DNA of 63,194 nt, counting the filler, from Octopus bimaculoides (taxonomy: Eukaryota): the NCBI RefSeq assembly GCF_001194135.2. It is 7 parts of 6 records of this genome, joined end to end, with 100 filler letters (N's around TTAATTAATTAA, not from the genome) between each part and the next. Parts side by side here need not be neighbours in the genome. Positions count along the whole stretch, not along the records: positions 51,574 to 61,910 come from NC_068982.1; positions 62,011 to 63,194 come from NC_068990.1; 5 more parts are not named here. One strand, 5' to 3'. Both the position numbers and the translations under genes were made by a program. The notes below the pieces were generated by a model that was given only the letters and a program-made list of their open reading frames with translations, made no database searches and was not told the origin of the DNA. Each line of letters begins with the position of its first letter. The stretch's first letter is position 1. Below, piece after piece: positions 51,474 to 63,194 of this stretch.

Positions 51474-52165
51474 NNNNNNNNNNNNNNNNNNNNNNNNNNN
51501 NNNNNNNNNNNNNNNNNTTAATTAATTAANNNNNNNNNNNNNNNNNNNNNNNNNNNNNNNNNNNNNNNNNNNNATATATATATATATATATATCCCTCTC
51601 TCTCTCTCTCTCTCTAACGCACACATACACCTGTTAAAAGTGTGTAGTGTCTATAAAAAGTGTACAGAAGTGTATAGTCAACAGCAGAATCAAAAGATTC
51701 CATATCGAATGTGTAAATGCAGACAGTGACTAACTCTAAGTGTATAGAAATGTGTGGAATAGTTCAGTGTGTTAAGTTTTGTGTAGATGTATGTTGAATT
51801 TGTTGTATATATATGTGGAAATATGCATTACGTGAATGTTGTGAAGGCGCGTGGCTAAGCGGTTTGGATATTCTGCTCACGACCTTAAGGTCGCGAGTTC
51901 GATTCCCGGCGGTGCGTGTGTCCTTGAGCAAGACGCTTTATTTCATATCGCTCCAGTTCACTCAGCTGGCAAAAATGAGTTGTACCTGTATTTCAAAGGG
52001 CCAGTATTGTCACATTTGGTGCCACGCTCAATCTCCCTGGGAAAAACGTTAAGGGTACGCGTGTCTGTGGAGTGCTCAGCCACTTGCGCGTTAATTTCAA
52101 GAGCAAGTTGTTCCGTTGATCGGAGCAACTGGAACCTTCATTATCGTAACCGACAGAGCACCAAT

Positions 52166-52213
<48 letters not shown>

Positions 52214-54174
52214 CTTGTTAATATTTACATCCATCGATCTATGCATCTACTTGTTTCTTCTCTAAGCAGTTGCTGATGACTGAGATATATACATTTGCCC
52301 GGTAAGTCGAAGGTGTTAGGTTATAGCATCAGGTCCTCAGAGCTTCTTGAGTACTTCACTCAAGAATATGTATATGTACATATGTGTATGTTTGCATAGA
52401 TGTTTTAAATCGAGCGATGCCTGAAACAGCAAAAACTTTGAAGAATTCTATGCGAGTTCGATTCCCGGCGGTGCATGTGCCCTTGAGCAAGACGCTTTAT
52501 TTCATATCACTCCAGTCCACTCAGCTAGCAAAAATGAGTTGTACCTGTATTTCAAAGGGCCAGCATTGTCACATTTGGTGCCACACTCAATCTCCTTGAA
52601 CACCTATTGTAAGATGATAAACTCTCTGAACACCTATTGTGCAAAAGAATGTTGGTCCCTAGCGGCACTGAAAAGCCACATTTGTGCTGCCCATATTTAG
52701 GAGAACGATCAAGTGGTGACATTGCGTCCATACTCACCAAAAAGTAAATATCGGTTTCCGTTCACTGTCGAAAGAAAGAACGGAAAGCAGAATGAACAAA
52801 AAGAACAAAAGAAAAAAGAAAGAAGGAAAGAAAGAGCCAAAGAAGGAAAGAACGAAGTACCAGAATGACAGAAAAAAAAAAGAAGTAACGAAAGAAAGTA
52901 GAAAAGAAACAAAAAGCGATGTTATATTATCGTCAAATTCATTCTCAGTTTTCCGACATATTTAATTTCTACAAAGATGTGCTCCACCAAATTGCTAGAA
53001 CTTCACTCTCGTCACAGCACAAGAATTTATCTGAAAGCATATTTCCAGTTAGCATTTACTTAGCTATTTCTTTTATGCCGGTGGTGTAGCTGAGTTATTT
53101 ATTCTCGTCTAAATAATTCTATTTGTGTACGCTAACTGATGCATAATCTTGTACGGTTATTTAATGATTCTTTCTTCTAAAACTACATTGACAAATACGG
53201 TGATTACTATGCATCGCTGATGAGGTCACAACAACACAGAAACATGTCTTAATAGCGAGGTATGTCTGTGTAGTTAAGAAGCTCGCTTTGTAACCACGTG
53301 TCGGGTTTAGTACTACTGCGTGATACCTTGAACAAGTGTCCCTACTATAGCTTCGGGCTGACCAGAGCCTTGTGAGTGACGTGCTAGAATGAAACTGCGT
53401 GGAAGCATGGTGTGTATATATACATACATAAGTGTGTGCATGCGCGTGCGCGTGCGTCACCTCCATCGCTTTACAACCAATGTTGGTTAGTTTATATCCT
53501 AGTAACTTAGCAGTTTCGCCTAAGAGACTGCTAAAATAAATATCAGACGTACAAAAATGACATGCTCTGGGATATTAGTAGTTTGCAGCCACGTGGTTTG
53601 GGACATGCCAGCATATGGTCATAGTCGGTGATATAGTTTCCAGCAGGCCTTGTTCGGTACGCGGCATTGAAAAGTCACAACAATGACGAAATATTGATAT
53701 CTGTCGCTCCGAGAAAGGACCTAATGTGAGTTGACTCGCTCGTCTGACTTATTTTCAGGTGTTTTTAAAGCCGGGCCTATTAAGAAAGTATTCTCTGACG
53801 CCTAAAACACAGCCAACCTACGAACTAACAACATACACGCCTTGTGTATGTGTGTTCGATTTTGCTTATATACCTCGAGCTGCTTCTAATTCCTATTTGA
53901 ATGTATGTATATATATAACATAGGTTGCCAGTCAAATTCTTTGTTTGTGTGTTAAGCCTACCATTGGTTTCATGTGAAATGAAACCCCTTAACAATTATA
54001 AAGCCTACCGCATGGAACATCGGTGTTCAAATGTTAAAGGATTTCACTTAACATGAAACCACTGGTGATCTTAACCCTTAAATAAAGAATTTATTATATA
54101 TATACACATCCTCAAAATGGAACAAAACGCAACAGACCACAATAAAACATTCGGACGGATAGACGATGCGAGGA

Positions 54175-54525
54175 GGGACAGGAATAAACAAAGACGAGTT
54201 ATTCGCAGCCTCCTCCCATTTGTCAAGTTACCAAATTAAGCATTAAAACTCTACTCTCTCCAGCGCCGCTGCGAGCGATACATCATTTGCACGATGTGGA
54301 GAATGTACCACCACCATTGCCCAAACGGCCTCAACATTATTAGCTTCAAAATCCATCCAAGGCTAGGACCACGGGCCATAGTCCCCTACCCACATCGGGA
54401 TCACAACACAAATACACGGCAACACAATTTCTTTTCTTCAACAGGCCCTGCCCTATGTAACATTGTCCCAAAACAGATCAAAGAGGAAAAGGATCCCATC
54501 ACCTTTAAACGGAATCTGGACAAAG
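54175..54525 (+). mobile_element. 3' end of CR1/L2-group LINE ORF2
   Basis: LKLYSLQRRCERYII..MWRM...PN...RLGPRA.VP...TGPALCNIVPKQIKEEKDPITFKRNLDK. Confidence 0.82.
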
Positions 54526-54635
54526 TGCGTGTGTTTGCTGATGTGTTTGTACCACACCGTTTGTCAAATTGGTATTCGTTTGTGTACATTTGTGTGTCTA
54601 TGTATAAACGTATCCATACGTGTATGTTTACGTAG

Positions 54636-54815
54636 ATGTTTTAGACCGAGCGATGCCTGAAACAGCAAAAACTTTGAAGACTTCTATGCTGGAATGAAGG
54701 TCTGTGTCAGCATAGATGATAAACTCTCTGAACACCTATTGTAAGAGGTGGCCTTCGTTGTCACATCTGTGCAAAAGAATGTTGGTCCCTAGCGGCACTG
54801 AAAAGCCACAAAGGT
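54636..54815 (+). mobile_element. RTE-like LINE 3' fragment with C2H2-like finger; second copy at 52399-52680 interrupted by SINE C
   Basis: RCHICAKECWSLAALKSHKGI*; long exact matches to 52399-52453 and 52612-52680. Confidence 0.65.
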
Positions 54816-57086
54816 ATTTGAGTGAGATTGGTGGCTATTTCTGTTAAGTAGAAAGCGACCATCATGAAACTTTCTCATTGATTCTAGTACCATCAAAAAA
54901 AAAAAAAAAAAAAAAAAAAANNNNNNNNNNNNNNNNNNNNNNNNNNNNNNNNNNNNNNNNNNNNNNNNNNNNNNNNNNNNNNNNNNNNNNNNNNNNNNNN
55001 NNNNNNNNNNNNNNNNNNNNNNNNNNNNNNNNNNNNNNNNNNNNNNNNNNNNNNNNNNNNNNNNNNNNNNNNNNNNNNNNNNNNNNNNNNNNNNNNNNNN
55101 NNNNNNNNNNNNNNNNNNNNNNNNNNNNNNNNNNNNNNNNNNNNNNNNNNNNNNNNNNNNNNNNNNNNNNNNNNNNNNNNNNNNNNNNNNNNNNNNNNNN
55201 NNNNNNNNNNNNNNNNNNNAAAAAAAAAAAAAAAAAAGAGAAAGAAGAAAAAAACGATAAGGAAAAGAAAACCACTGATAAAGAAGAGATTTGTTTATTT
55301 TACTGCTCTGTTGGTGACGGGTTCAAGCGGTCACCTCAGCAGCTTGTATTGCTCTGTTAGCAAAACTGATTGTTGTTTTTAGCAGAGGAATCTTGATGAG
55401 ATAGTTTACAAATAAGACAAGCAGCCAAATTGACATTCTCGCTTCTTCCTTTCTTTCTTTCCTTCTTTCTTCCTTTACTCTCTCTCTTTCTTCTTTTCTC
55501 TCTTTCTTCACTTTCTTTGTTCCTTTCCTTTTTTCTCCCTTTCCTTCTTTCTCATTTTCTTCTTCATTCTCACGGCCTCTTTCTTTCTCTCATATTTCTT
55601 ACTATCCACGTCTTTCTTTCACTGTCTTTCTTTCATTCTCATTCTACTCCTTTCATTTTGTCTTATTAACATCTCCTTTCTTTCTTTCTATCTTTCTTTC
55701 TATCTTTCTTTCTTTCTTTTTCTCACATTTCTTTCTTTCTTTCTTTCTTTTTCTCACATTTCTTTCTTTCTTTCTTTTTATTCATTCATTCATTCATTTT
55801 TTCTTTCTTTCTCACTCTTTTCATTCATTCATACATTCATTCTTACTTTCTTTCTTTCTTTGTTTCTTTTTTATTCATTCATTTTTTCTTTCTTTCTCAC
55901 TCTTTTCATTCATTCATTCGTTCTTTCTTTCTTTCTTTCTTTCTTTCCTTCTATTTTCTCTCACTCTTTTGTTCCACTAGTTTGTCTTCCTTTTTTCATC
56001 CATCTGTTTCTTTGTTGACGAAATATTGGCTGAGTGACACACACACACACATGCACATGCACACACGCGTGCACGCGCAAACACACATAAAGTAATTGAA
56101 TAGAGAGACATACATAATTTCTATATTCAAAAGTCAATATGTATGTGTAGTTACGGAATCTATTTTCAACATTCTATGCTATGTGTATGTACGTCTACAT
56201 ACTTGCATGCATTCATGTATCTACTCAAGCATTAAAAAAAACAACCCTATGTGTATGTATATATGTGTGACTCTATGCATGTATTTAAATATGTGAATGT
56301 TTTTGTGCGTGTGTGTGTGTGCGTGTGTGTGTTTGTGTGTGTATTTGTGACAGACTATGTATATCCACATTTATGCAGAGTCTGCATGAAACATACATGA
56401 CGCATGACGTGCGATCGCACGCAGTGAAAATCCTTGTTATGCGCATGCGCATACACGAACATATGTGAGCGTATATGTACGTATACATGTGTGTGTGTGC
56501 TTGTGTATCATGCATCCACACACAAAATATGCATATAAGTTCGCGAACCAGTGAAACAATTTCTGTCTTAGTCATCCACAATAATTTCATTCACATTTTG
56601 GAGTATGTTTTCCAGTATTTATAAGACAGTCCTCAATATTTGACTGGTACTTTCGTTTATCAACTGCTAAAAGTTAAGTTGGCCCCAGCGGGATTTGAAC
56701 AAGCTCACTGGCTAATCGTGACACCAGTACCTGTTCTGGCACTGTTTTACTATATATCGCAGGCGCGGCGATGAAACGCAGCTGTCTCTAGCACCCATCA
56801 TCGAGAAGATCAAACAAGGTCGAAATCACGTGATACGGTGGTCTCAACGGTGGAGATGGCGGGTAGTGATATAAACAAGAGTGCATTTTACTCCAAAAGC
56901 TATATGTGGGTTTCTCTCATGGCATCTACCGCAGTATAGTTTCTTCTAACAGAACATTCATGTTCAAGTGGGGATAAATATTACCTCTCAGAATGCAAAG
57001 TACTGTAACGAAATACGGTTAAACATTTTGTCCGATACTGAAAGGAGCCCGTCAACCTACCACGAGAACTACCTGGTTAATTTTTT

Positions 57087-57468
57087 GTTGTTGCACTCCG
57101 TTGCTTACGACGTCGAGGGTTCCAGTTGATCCGATCAACGGAACAGCCTGCTTGTGAAATTAACGTGCAAGTGGCTGAGCACTCCACAGACACGTGTACC
57201 CTTAACGTAGTTCTCGGGGGTATTCAACGTGACACAGTGCGACAAGGCTGACCCTTTGAATTACAGGCACAACAGAAACAGGAAGAAAGAGTGAGAGAAA
57301 GTTGTGGTGAAAGAGTACAGCAGGGTTCGCCACCATCCCCTGCCGGAGCCTCGTGGAGCTTTAGGTGTTTTCGCTCAATAAACACTCACAACGCCCGGTC
57401 TGGGAATTGAAACCGCGATCCTATGACCGCGAGTCCGCTGCCCTAACCATTGGGCCATTGCACCTCCA
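57087..57468 (-). mobile_element. Full-length family C SINE flanked by an approximately 185-bp direct duplication
   Basis: Intact head at 57468 and CAA/A tail at about 57080; flanks 56891-57075 and 57471-57656 are near-identical. Confidence 0.92.
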
Positions 57469-58007
57469 CACTCCAAAAGCCAATAAGAGAGTTTCTCTCA
57501 TGGCATCTACCCCAGTATAGTTTATTCTAACAGAACATTCACGTTCAAGTGGGGACAAATATTACCTCTCAGAATGCAAAGTACTGTAACGAAATACGGC
57601 TAAACATTTTGTCCGATACTGAAAGAAGCCTGTCAACCTACCACGAGAACTACCTGTCTAATTACTCTCAAAGTATCACACCTTATGTCTTAAAATTGGA
57701 TGAACATCTTTGCTACTAAAACCTTAGATACGTTAGATCATTTAAAAGAGATGTGATGGTCGAGACCGGAATGCATTTAATAATTTGAAAAGAACTACGG
57801 TATGGTTAACCCTTTTGCTACCATATTTCTGCTTCTAATTACCGCCTTTATTTAAATAAGTTTTGAAAATGTACTTATTCAGTTTACGAAATTTAATGAA
57901 TAAATTTTCAAAATTTATTTAAATAAAGACGGTAATTTTCAACTCAAATTTAGTAAAATAACTTTGTTATCATCATCATCATCATCATCATCATTATTAT
58001 TATTATT

Positions 58008-58046
<39 letters not shown>

Positions 58047-58269
58047 TAGGCACTAAGCTGGCAGAATCGTTTGCACGCCGGACGAAATGGTTAGCCGCAT
58101 TTTGTTCGTCCTTACATTCTGAGTTCAAATTCTATCGGTGGTTGACTCTTCCTTTCATCCTTTCGGCGTCGATAAAATAAGATGTAATCGATTAGCCCCC
58201 GCTCCCCAAAATTCCAGGCCTTGTGCCTATTATAGAACGCTACGCCGTCCTTTGTGCTGCGGTTGTTTC

Positions 58270-58856
58270 TCTATCAGCGAACTGTCTGCTTTGATTGTCG
58301 GTATTGCGGCGAAAACCATTTTTGAGATCAGAAGTCTGAGTGAAAAGGCACCCACACCTTAAAGCAGCAGCTGAGCCATTCCTTCTGACATTTTCCAGCT
58401 CTTACGTGGTGGAAGCTAGCTTCAGCCATGCAAACGCAATCCTCAGCAAACAGAGGAATTGCCTGAACCTGGAGAACCGAGGCGATTTGAGACTGAAACT
58501 GACCAACATTCAGTCTGATTAAATGCCTTGATTCAGGATCCCCATGCTTATCCCTCATTCCAGTAATATGATGCGTTTTCCACATTTTCTAACCGTGAAA
58601 ATTTAAAGTTTAATACTGTATGCTCACACACGTAGTTTTAAATGTAAAAAGTGTGTCATCTTCAGTAACATTTCTTAATTCGTCGTACATGTATATTTTA
58701 GCTAACATTTTAATTGCCAGCATCAGTACCCGGTACGCATTTATGATATGGCACGGTAGGGTAGGGTATTAAGATATTTTAAATGAGGAGGGTGGTTGAT
58801 GCGGAAGGAGAAGTGGCTAAAGGGGCTCGATGGTCGAAAAAGTTTGGCGACCTTTG
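58270..58856 (+). mobile_element. 3' part of hAT (Buster/Charlie) transposon with dimerisation domain and right TIR
   Basis: HPHLKAAAEPFLLTFSSSYVVEASFS...KQRNCLNLENRGDLRLKLTNI; terminus AAAGTTTGGCGACCTTTG followed by CTCTAGAT, matching the Charlie-type target consensus. Confidence 0.88.
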
Positions 58857-59320
58857 CTCTAGATAGTCACTAGAATTGCAAGAAATATCAACCAAGACTC
58901 GTATAAAATTATATGTTTTTGTCTTAAAAAAGAACAAACAAAACATGCAATGAGTAGACATTCATCTTAATGACACCAGCAAAAGGAGAAAAAAATCGTT
59001 AAGACTGAACTTAGAATGCTATAGGATGTAACTAAATACTTACAAAACCATCTGTACATTTTGTCATTTACTGAAGTGTCAAGCGCCGGAAGAAATGCTG
59101 CTAAACGTTTATGTCTGACGTGCTAACGATTCTGCCAGTTCGCTGCCTATCAAAGATAAATTAATTAACAAATTACAAGATCTAACTAATTGTTTCTTTT
59201 ATAGGAATAAATTGTCAATGAATAATGCTGTGAATTTCGAAAAGTGCTCACGAGAACACTTCGTTATTTCTCCATATGTAATTTTTTTAGTCATCGTTTG
59301 TAGACGCACACACACGTGCG

Positions 59321-59360
<40 letters not shown>

Positions 59361-59559
59361 AAGAAAACACTTGTTTACGGACATCTATAAAATTTCAAAA
59401 ACGCTGAATATATAATATTTATTATTTGACTGCCCTCACAATGGTTATTTGAAGGAATTGTTATCAGCTACAACAGAAGCATTCCTATTCCTGCTGACCA
59501 CCGAAACATAAACTACCTTATTTAAGGTTTTATGTTATCAAGAACAACAACAATAGGTG

Positions 59560-60012
59560 ATGTGTGGCTGTGAAAAAAATAAATTTTTGCCACAAGGTCA
59601 GCTTGGGGGAGGTGGGGATGAATCGATTATATCTATCCCAGTGTTCAACTGGTACTTATTTTATCGACCCCAAAATGATGAAAGGCAAAGTCGACCTCGG
59701 CGGAATTTGAACTCAGAACACAGACGAAATGTCGCTAAGCATCTTCCCCGGCGTGGTAATGACTGTCAGCTCACCGCCTTCAAGACTTTGGATATTGGTT
59801 TCAAATTTTGGCACAAGGTCAGTAATTTCTGGGAAGCGGGTAAGTCGATTACATTGACCTCAGTGCTAAGCCGGTGCTTATTTTATCAACCCCGCAAGGA
59901 TGAAGAGTAAAGTTGACTTCGGTGGAATTTGAACTCAGAACATAAGGACGGACGAAATGCTGCTTAACACTTTGCCCGGCGTGCGACCGATTCTGCTAGC
60001 TCACTACCTTAG
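59560..60012 (-). mobile_element. Two tandem family B SINEs (59560-59782, 59790-60012)
   Basis: Both contain GGCAAAGTCGACCTCGGCGGAATTTGAACTCAGAAC-like block and end in the SINE head. Confidence 0.85.
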
Positions 60013-60046
60013 GAAGTTTCTAAATATTGACATTTTCTTTCACATC

Positions 60047-60089
<43 letters not shown>

Positions 60090-60152
60090 ATGCATGTGCG
60101 CATATGTGTGCTTGTTTTTCTGTCTGTCTGTCTGTCTCTATGTGTATGTACG

Positions 60153-60183
<31 letters not shown>

Positions 60184-60589
60184 TTATCCACATACACACA
60201 TACATATAACACAGAGAGAGTGGTAAGTATTTGAACAACATAGACAAATGCAGATATATCAGATTCCATACAATATATTATTGGCTCATTAAAATTACCA
60301 CATGGCTATTGAGATCAGGTCCATACGAGAAGGGGAGATAATCTCAAGAAAGAAAAAGTCTCTAAAGCTGACACACACACACACGCATACATCTATACAC
60401 GCCAGGTTTCTTTTAGCTTCCGCCTACCAAATCCAATCACAAGGTTTTGTTCGTTCCAACGCTATAGTAGAAAACACTTGTGCAAGGCGTCATGTAGTGA
60501 GATTGATCCTGTAATCACGTGGTTGGGAAGCGAACTTCTTACCACACAGCCACGTAAACAAAAGCAAAGCAAACAAAAAAACATGTATA

Positions 60590-60754
60590 GGCGCGGGAGT
60601 GGCTATGTGGTAAGTAGCTTGCTTACCAGCCACATGGTTCCGGGTTCATTCCCACTGGGTGGCACATTGGGCAAGTGTCTTCTACTATAGCCTCGGGCCG
60701 ACCAAAACCTTGTGAGTGGATTTGGTAGACGGAAACTGAAAGAAGCCTGTCGTA

Positions 60755-60795
<41 letters not shown>

Positions 60796-61180
60796 NNNNN
60801 NNNNNNNNNNNNNNNNNNNNNNNNNNNNNNNNNNNNNNNNNNNNNNNNNNNNNNNNNNNNNNNNNNNNNNNNNNNNNNNNNNNNNNNNNNNNNNNNNNNN
60901 NNNNNNNNNNNNNNNNNNNNNNNNNNNNNNNNNNNNNNNNNNNNNNNNNNNNNNNNNTGTGTGTGTGTATGGTTGTGTGTCTGTGCTTGTCCCCCCAGCA
61001 TCGCTTGACAACCGATGGTGGTGTGTTTAGGTCCCCGTAACTTAGAGATTCGGCAAAAAAAGACCGATAGAATAAGTACTAGGTTTCTAAAGAATAAGTT
61101 CTGGGGTCGATTTGCATGACTAAATGGCGGTGCTCCAGCATGGCCGTAGTCAAATGACTGAAACAAGTAAAAGAGTAAAG
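60590..61180 (+). mobile_element. Family A SINE with internal N gap; divergent minus-strand partial copy at 60402-60553
   Basis: Same consensus as 664-1088. Confidence 0.9.
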
Positions 61181-61194
61181 AGAGAGAGAGAGAG

Positions 61195-61790
61195 AAAGTA
61201 TCCAGAAAACTTGTTCCTTGCGTTTGCGAGATAACTTGAAAGTAGTTGAAAACTTAATTCGCCAGGCGTTTGAAACAGCCATTGCCTGGCTCTTGGTGCC
61301 TCTACCGGAGTCCATTAAATTGCTGAAAGCTCTCTGACCAGGCCTTCAGATTGGGATATAAAACAAGAGTTGTGATTTCTTCCATGCTTTCCCAAGCAAT
61401 TCTCGGATAGAAAAAGAAAAAAAGCAAAAAAATGTAACAAACAAAACAAAAGTAATCAGCAACTGACGTTGGCCCCTTTCTTCTCTAAGACATAAACAAA
61501 ATATCAGCCAATTAAAAACAAACACACGGCGTAAGAGTGCTATACATAAAACGATAACAAAATATCCACAAATGTCGGACGAACCATGTATAATTCGAGC
61601 GAATAATGGGACCAGTGTTATATTGAGGAAATACACTACTCCACAACATATCGAATTAAGCTGAATGTAAACTATACCCAAACTAGAAACAAACCAATTA
61701 TCAATAAACACATCAGACAGATGTAGTCGACACGAACAATACAAGATAACGAAGCAGTTCAGTAACTCCTAGTACACTGTTGAATGTTCG
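61195..61790 (-). pseudogene. Possible decayed class-A (rhodopsin-like) GPCR
   Basis: FNSVLGV(+1 nt)LNCFVILY (TM1-like), SDVFIDNWFVSSL (TM2-like), several hydrophobic segments, SQLLFYIPI (TM5-like), one in-frame stop, then RKRKEQVFWILS; pattern similarity only. Confidence 0.4.
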
Positions 61791-61868
61791 TGTTTACGTT
61801 AGGTTTCTGTGTGAGTGTGTGTGGCTTTGAGGTTTGTAGTGTTGTTGTGTATGTGTGGTGTTTGTGAT

Positions 61869-61910
<42 letters not shown>

Positions 61911-62519
61911 NNNNNNNNNNNNNNNNNNNNNNNNNNNNNNNNNNNNNNNNNNNNTTAATTAATTAANNNNNNNNNNNNNNNNNNNNNNNNNNNNNNNNNN
62001 NNNNNNNNNNATATATATATATATATATACATATCTATATATATCTGAATGAGATCTAAGTAATAACTATACTTCATAGTAAAATCTATTTTTCTCTCAT
62101 TCGTATCTTTTATAAACTCTCACACAATTTGCATACCATCACTTACACAAGCACACACACACACATACGTATCCCCGTAAAATGTTGTAATCCCCTTTTG
62201 AATGGCAGATGGTGTAACGTATGCATAGGCCCCTTGTGACCAATATAGAAACGTTTATTGCAATTGTTTTTATCTGAAGTAAATCTGTTAAAAACGTTTA
62301 CCACATCCAGTATTCTCTCAGTGCTAATATTTTAGTTTATTTAATGAAAGGTAAATTTCTTTATTATTCGCTCATTCCTTTGCAATTATTCTTCCTTTCT
62401 TTCCTGTTTTCTTCTCTTCTTGTCTTTCTTCTTTCCGTTCTTTCCTTTGTTTAACTTTTACCTGTTTATTTTTCAGAAAGTTTCGTCTTTCTTCCGAGAT
62501 TAGAAACAAAATGCAACGA

Positions 62520-63140
62520 TTAGTCTGAAATAGGATTTACCCTGATTAGAGAAGAAAAACAGTATTTTACGAGAATATTATCTAAAATGTAGATGTGAAA
62601 TCTCTTAAGGGCCATAGAACCCCGCTTTTTAATGGTTCGGTGATTAGATCCAGTTTCATGGAGTGAAACAGATAAGAGATAACTTCTCCATGTTCTGTAC
62701 ATTCCGGTATGGTCTGGTGGTACTCTGCTACCTATTTATACTGACAGCTTGGTGAAGTGAGGGTACCAGTCTATCAGAGGTAACATCCCTAAACGATCTC
62801 GTCCCTATTTCTACTGAAAGCTACAGGAAGTGACCGAAAAACCCGCAAGCTGTTTTGCCCTCGAAATATGAAGAATGTTGAGTATTATGTCTTTCAGTGC
62901 CCTTTCCACGTCCGCCTGGTTCGCCGTCTCTGGCCACCGCTTCGTGTTGTCTGTATAGCACAGTTTTCTGTTTTTTGTTTCTGCCAACATCTCGTGGGGG
63001 ATGACAATACTGGCTTGCGCCGTTTCCAGTCTTGTTAACTTAACTGCCTCAGCTGGACACATGTCTTTCTGAAGCAGATCCATACAAAAATATTCTTTGC
63101 TTCTTGCTGCTGTCTCTGCCAAAGAAGTAGCCTGGCTCAT
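62520..63140 (-). mobile_element. Possible decayed Tx1/L1-type ORF1 N-terminus
   Basis: 109-aa non-repetitive ORF (KLCYTDNTKRWPETANQADVERALKD...) continuing through stops to IGSRVPPD; resemblance from memory only. Confidence 0.35.
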
Positions 63141-63194
63141 GTTCTCATTTATTACGATGTTATTCGTTGTGGTGGTGGTGGTGGTGGTGGTGGT

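Noticed and set aside
55430-55965. Hydrophobic ORF and repeated TTTC/TTCA blocks
   Set aside because: Pyrimidine low-complexity slippage sequence

Overview
AT-rich, repeat-saturated animal genomic DNA. The repeat families look like those of octopod cephalopods (inferred from recognition of the SINE consensus sequences, not from a search). The window is not one contig: six 100-bp spacers (44 N + TTAATTAATTAA + 44 N) join seven scaffold pieces. The only confident host coding sequence is one 94-nt minus-strand exon of the MYST acetyltransferase KAT8/MOF (30180-30273), which the ORF track misses. It lies in a CpG-poor domain. There is also a possible decayed class-A GPCR (about 61195-61790). The rest is four recurring SINE-type families, LINE remnants (Tx1/L1, RTE, CR1, Penelope-like), DNA-transposon remnants and MITEs (mariner, hAT, Tc1/pogo-like) and microsatellites. 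Almost all ORFs in the supplied track are translations of microsatellites, N gaps or SINEs. The most unusual structures are: a SINE flanked by an approximately 185-bp direct duplication; fold-back elements with telomere-like TAACCC cores; a degenerate tandem array with a conserved core and a 20-bp hairpin; a perfect 58-bp palindrome; and a hammerhead-like motif. I found no convincing evidence of a complete new biological system. No rRNA, true tRNA gene or CRISPR array was seen.
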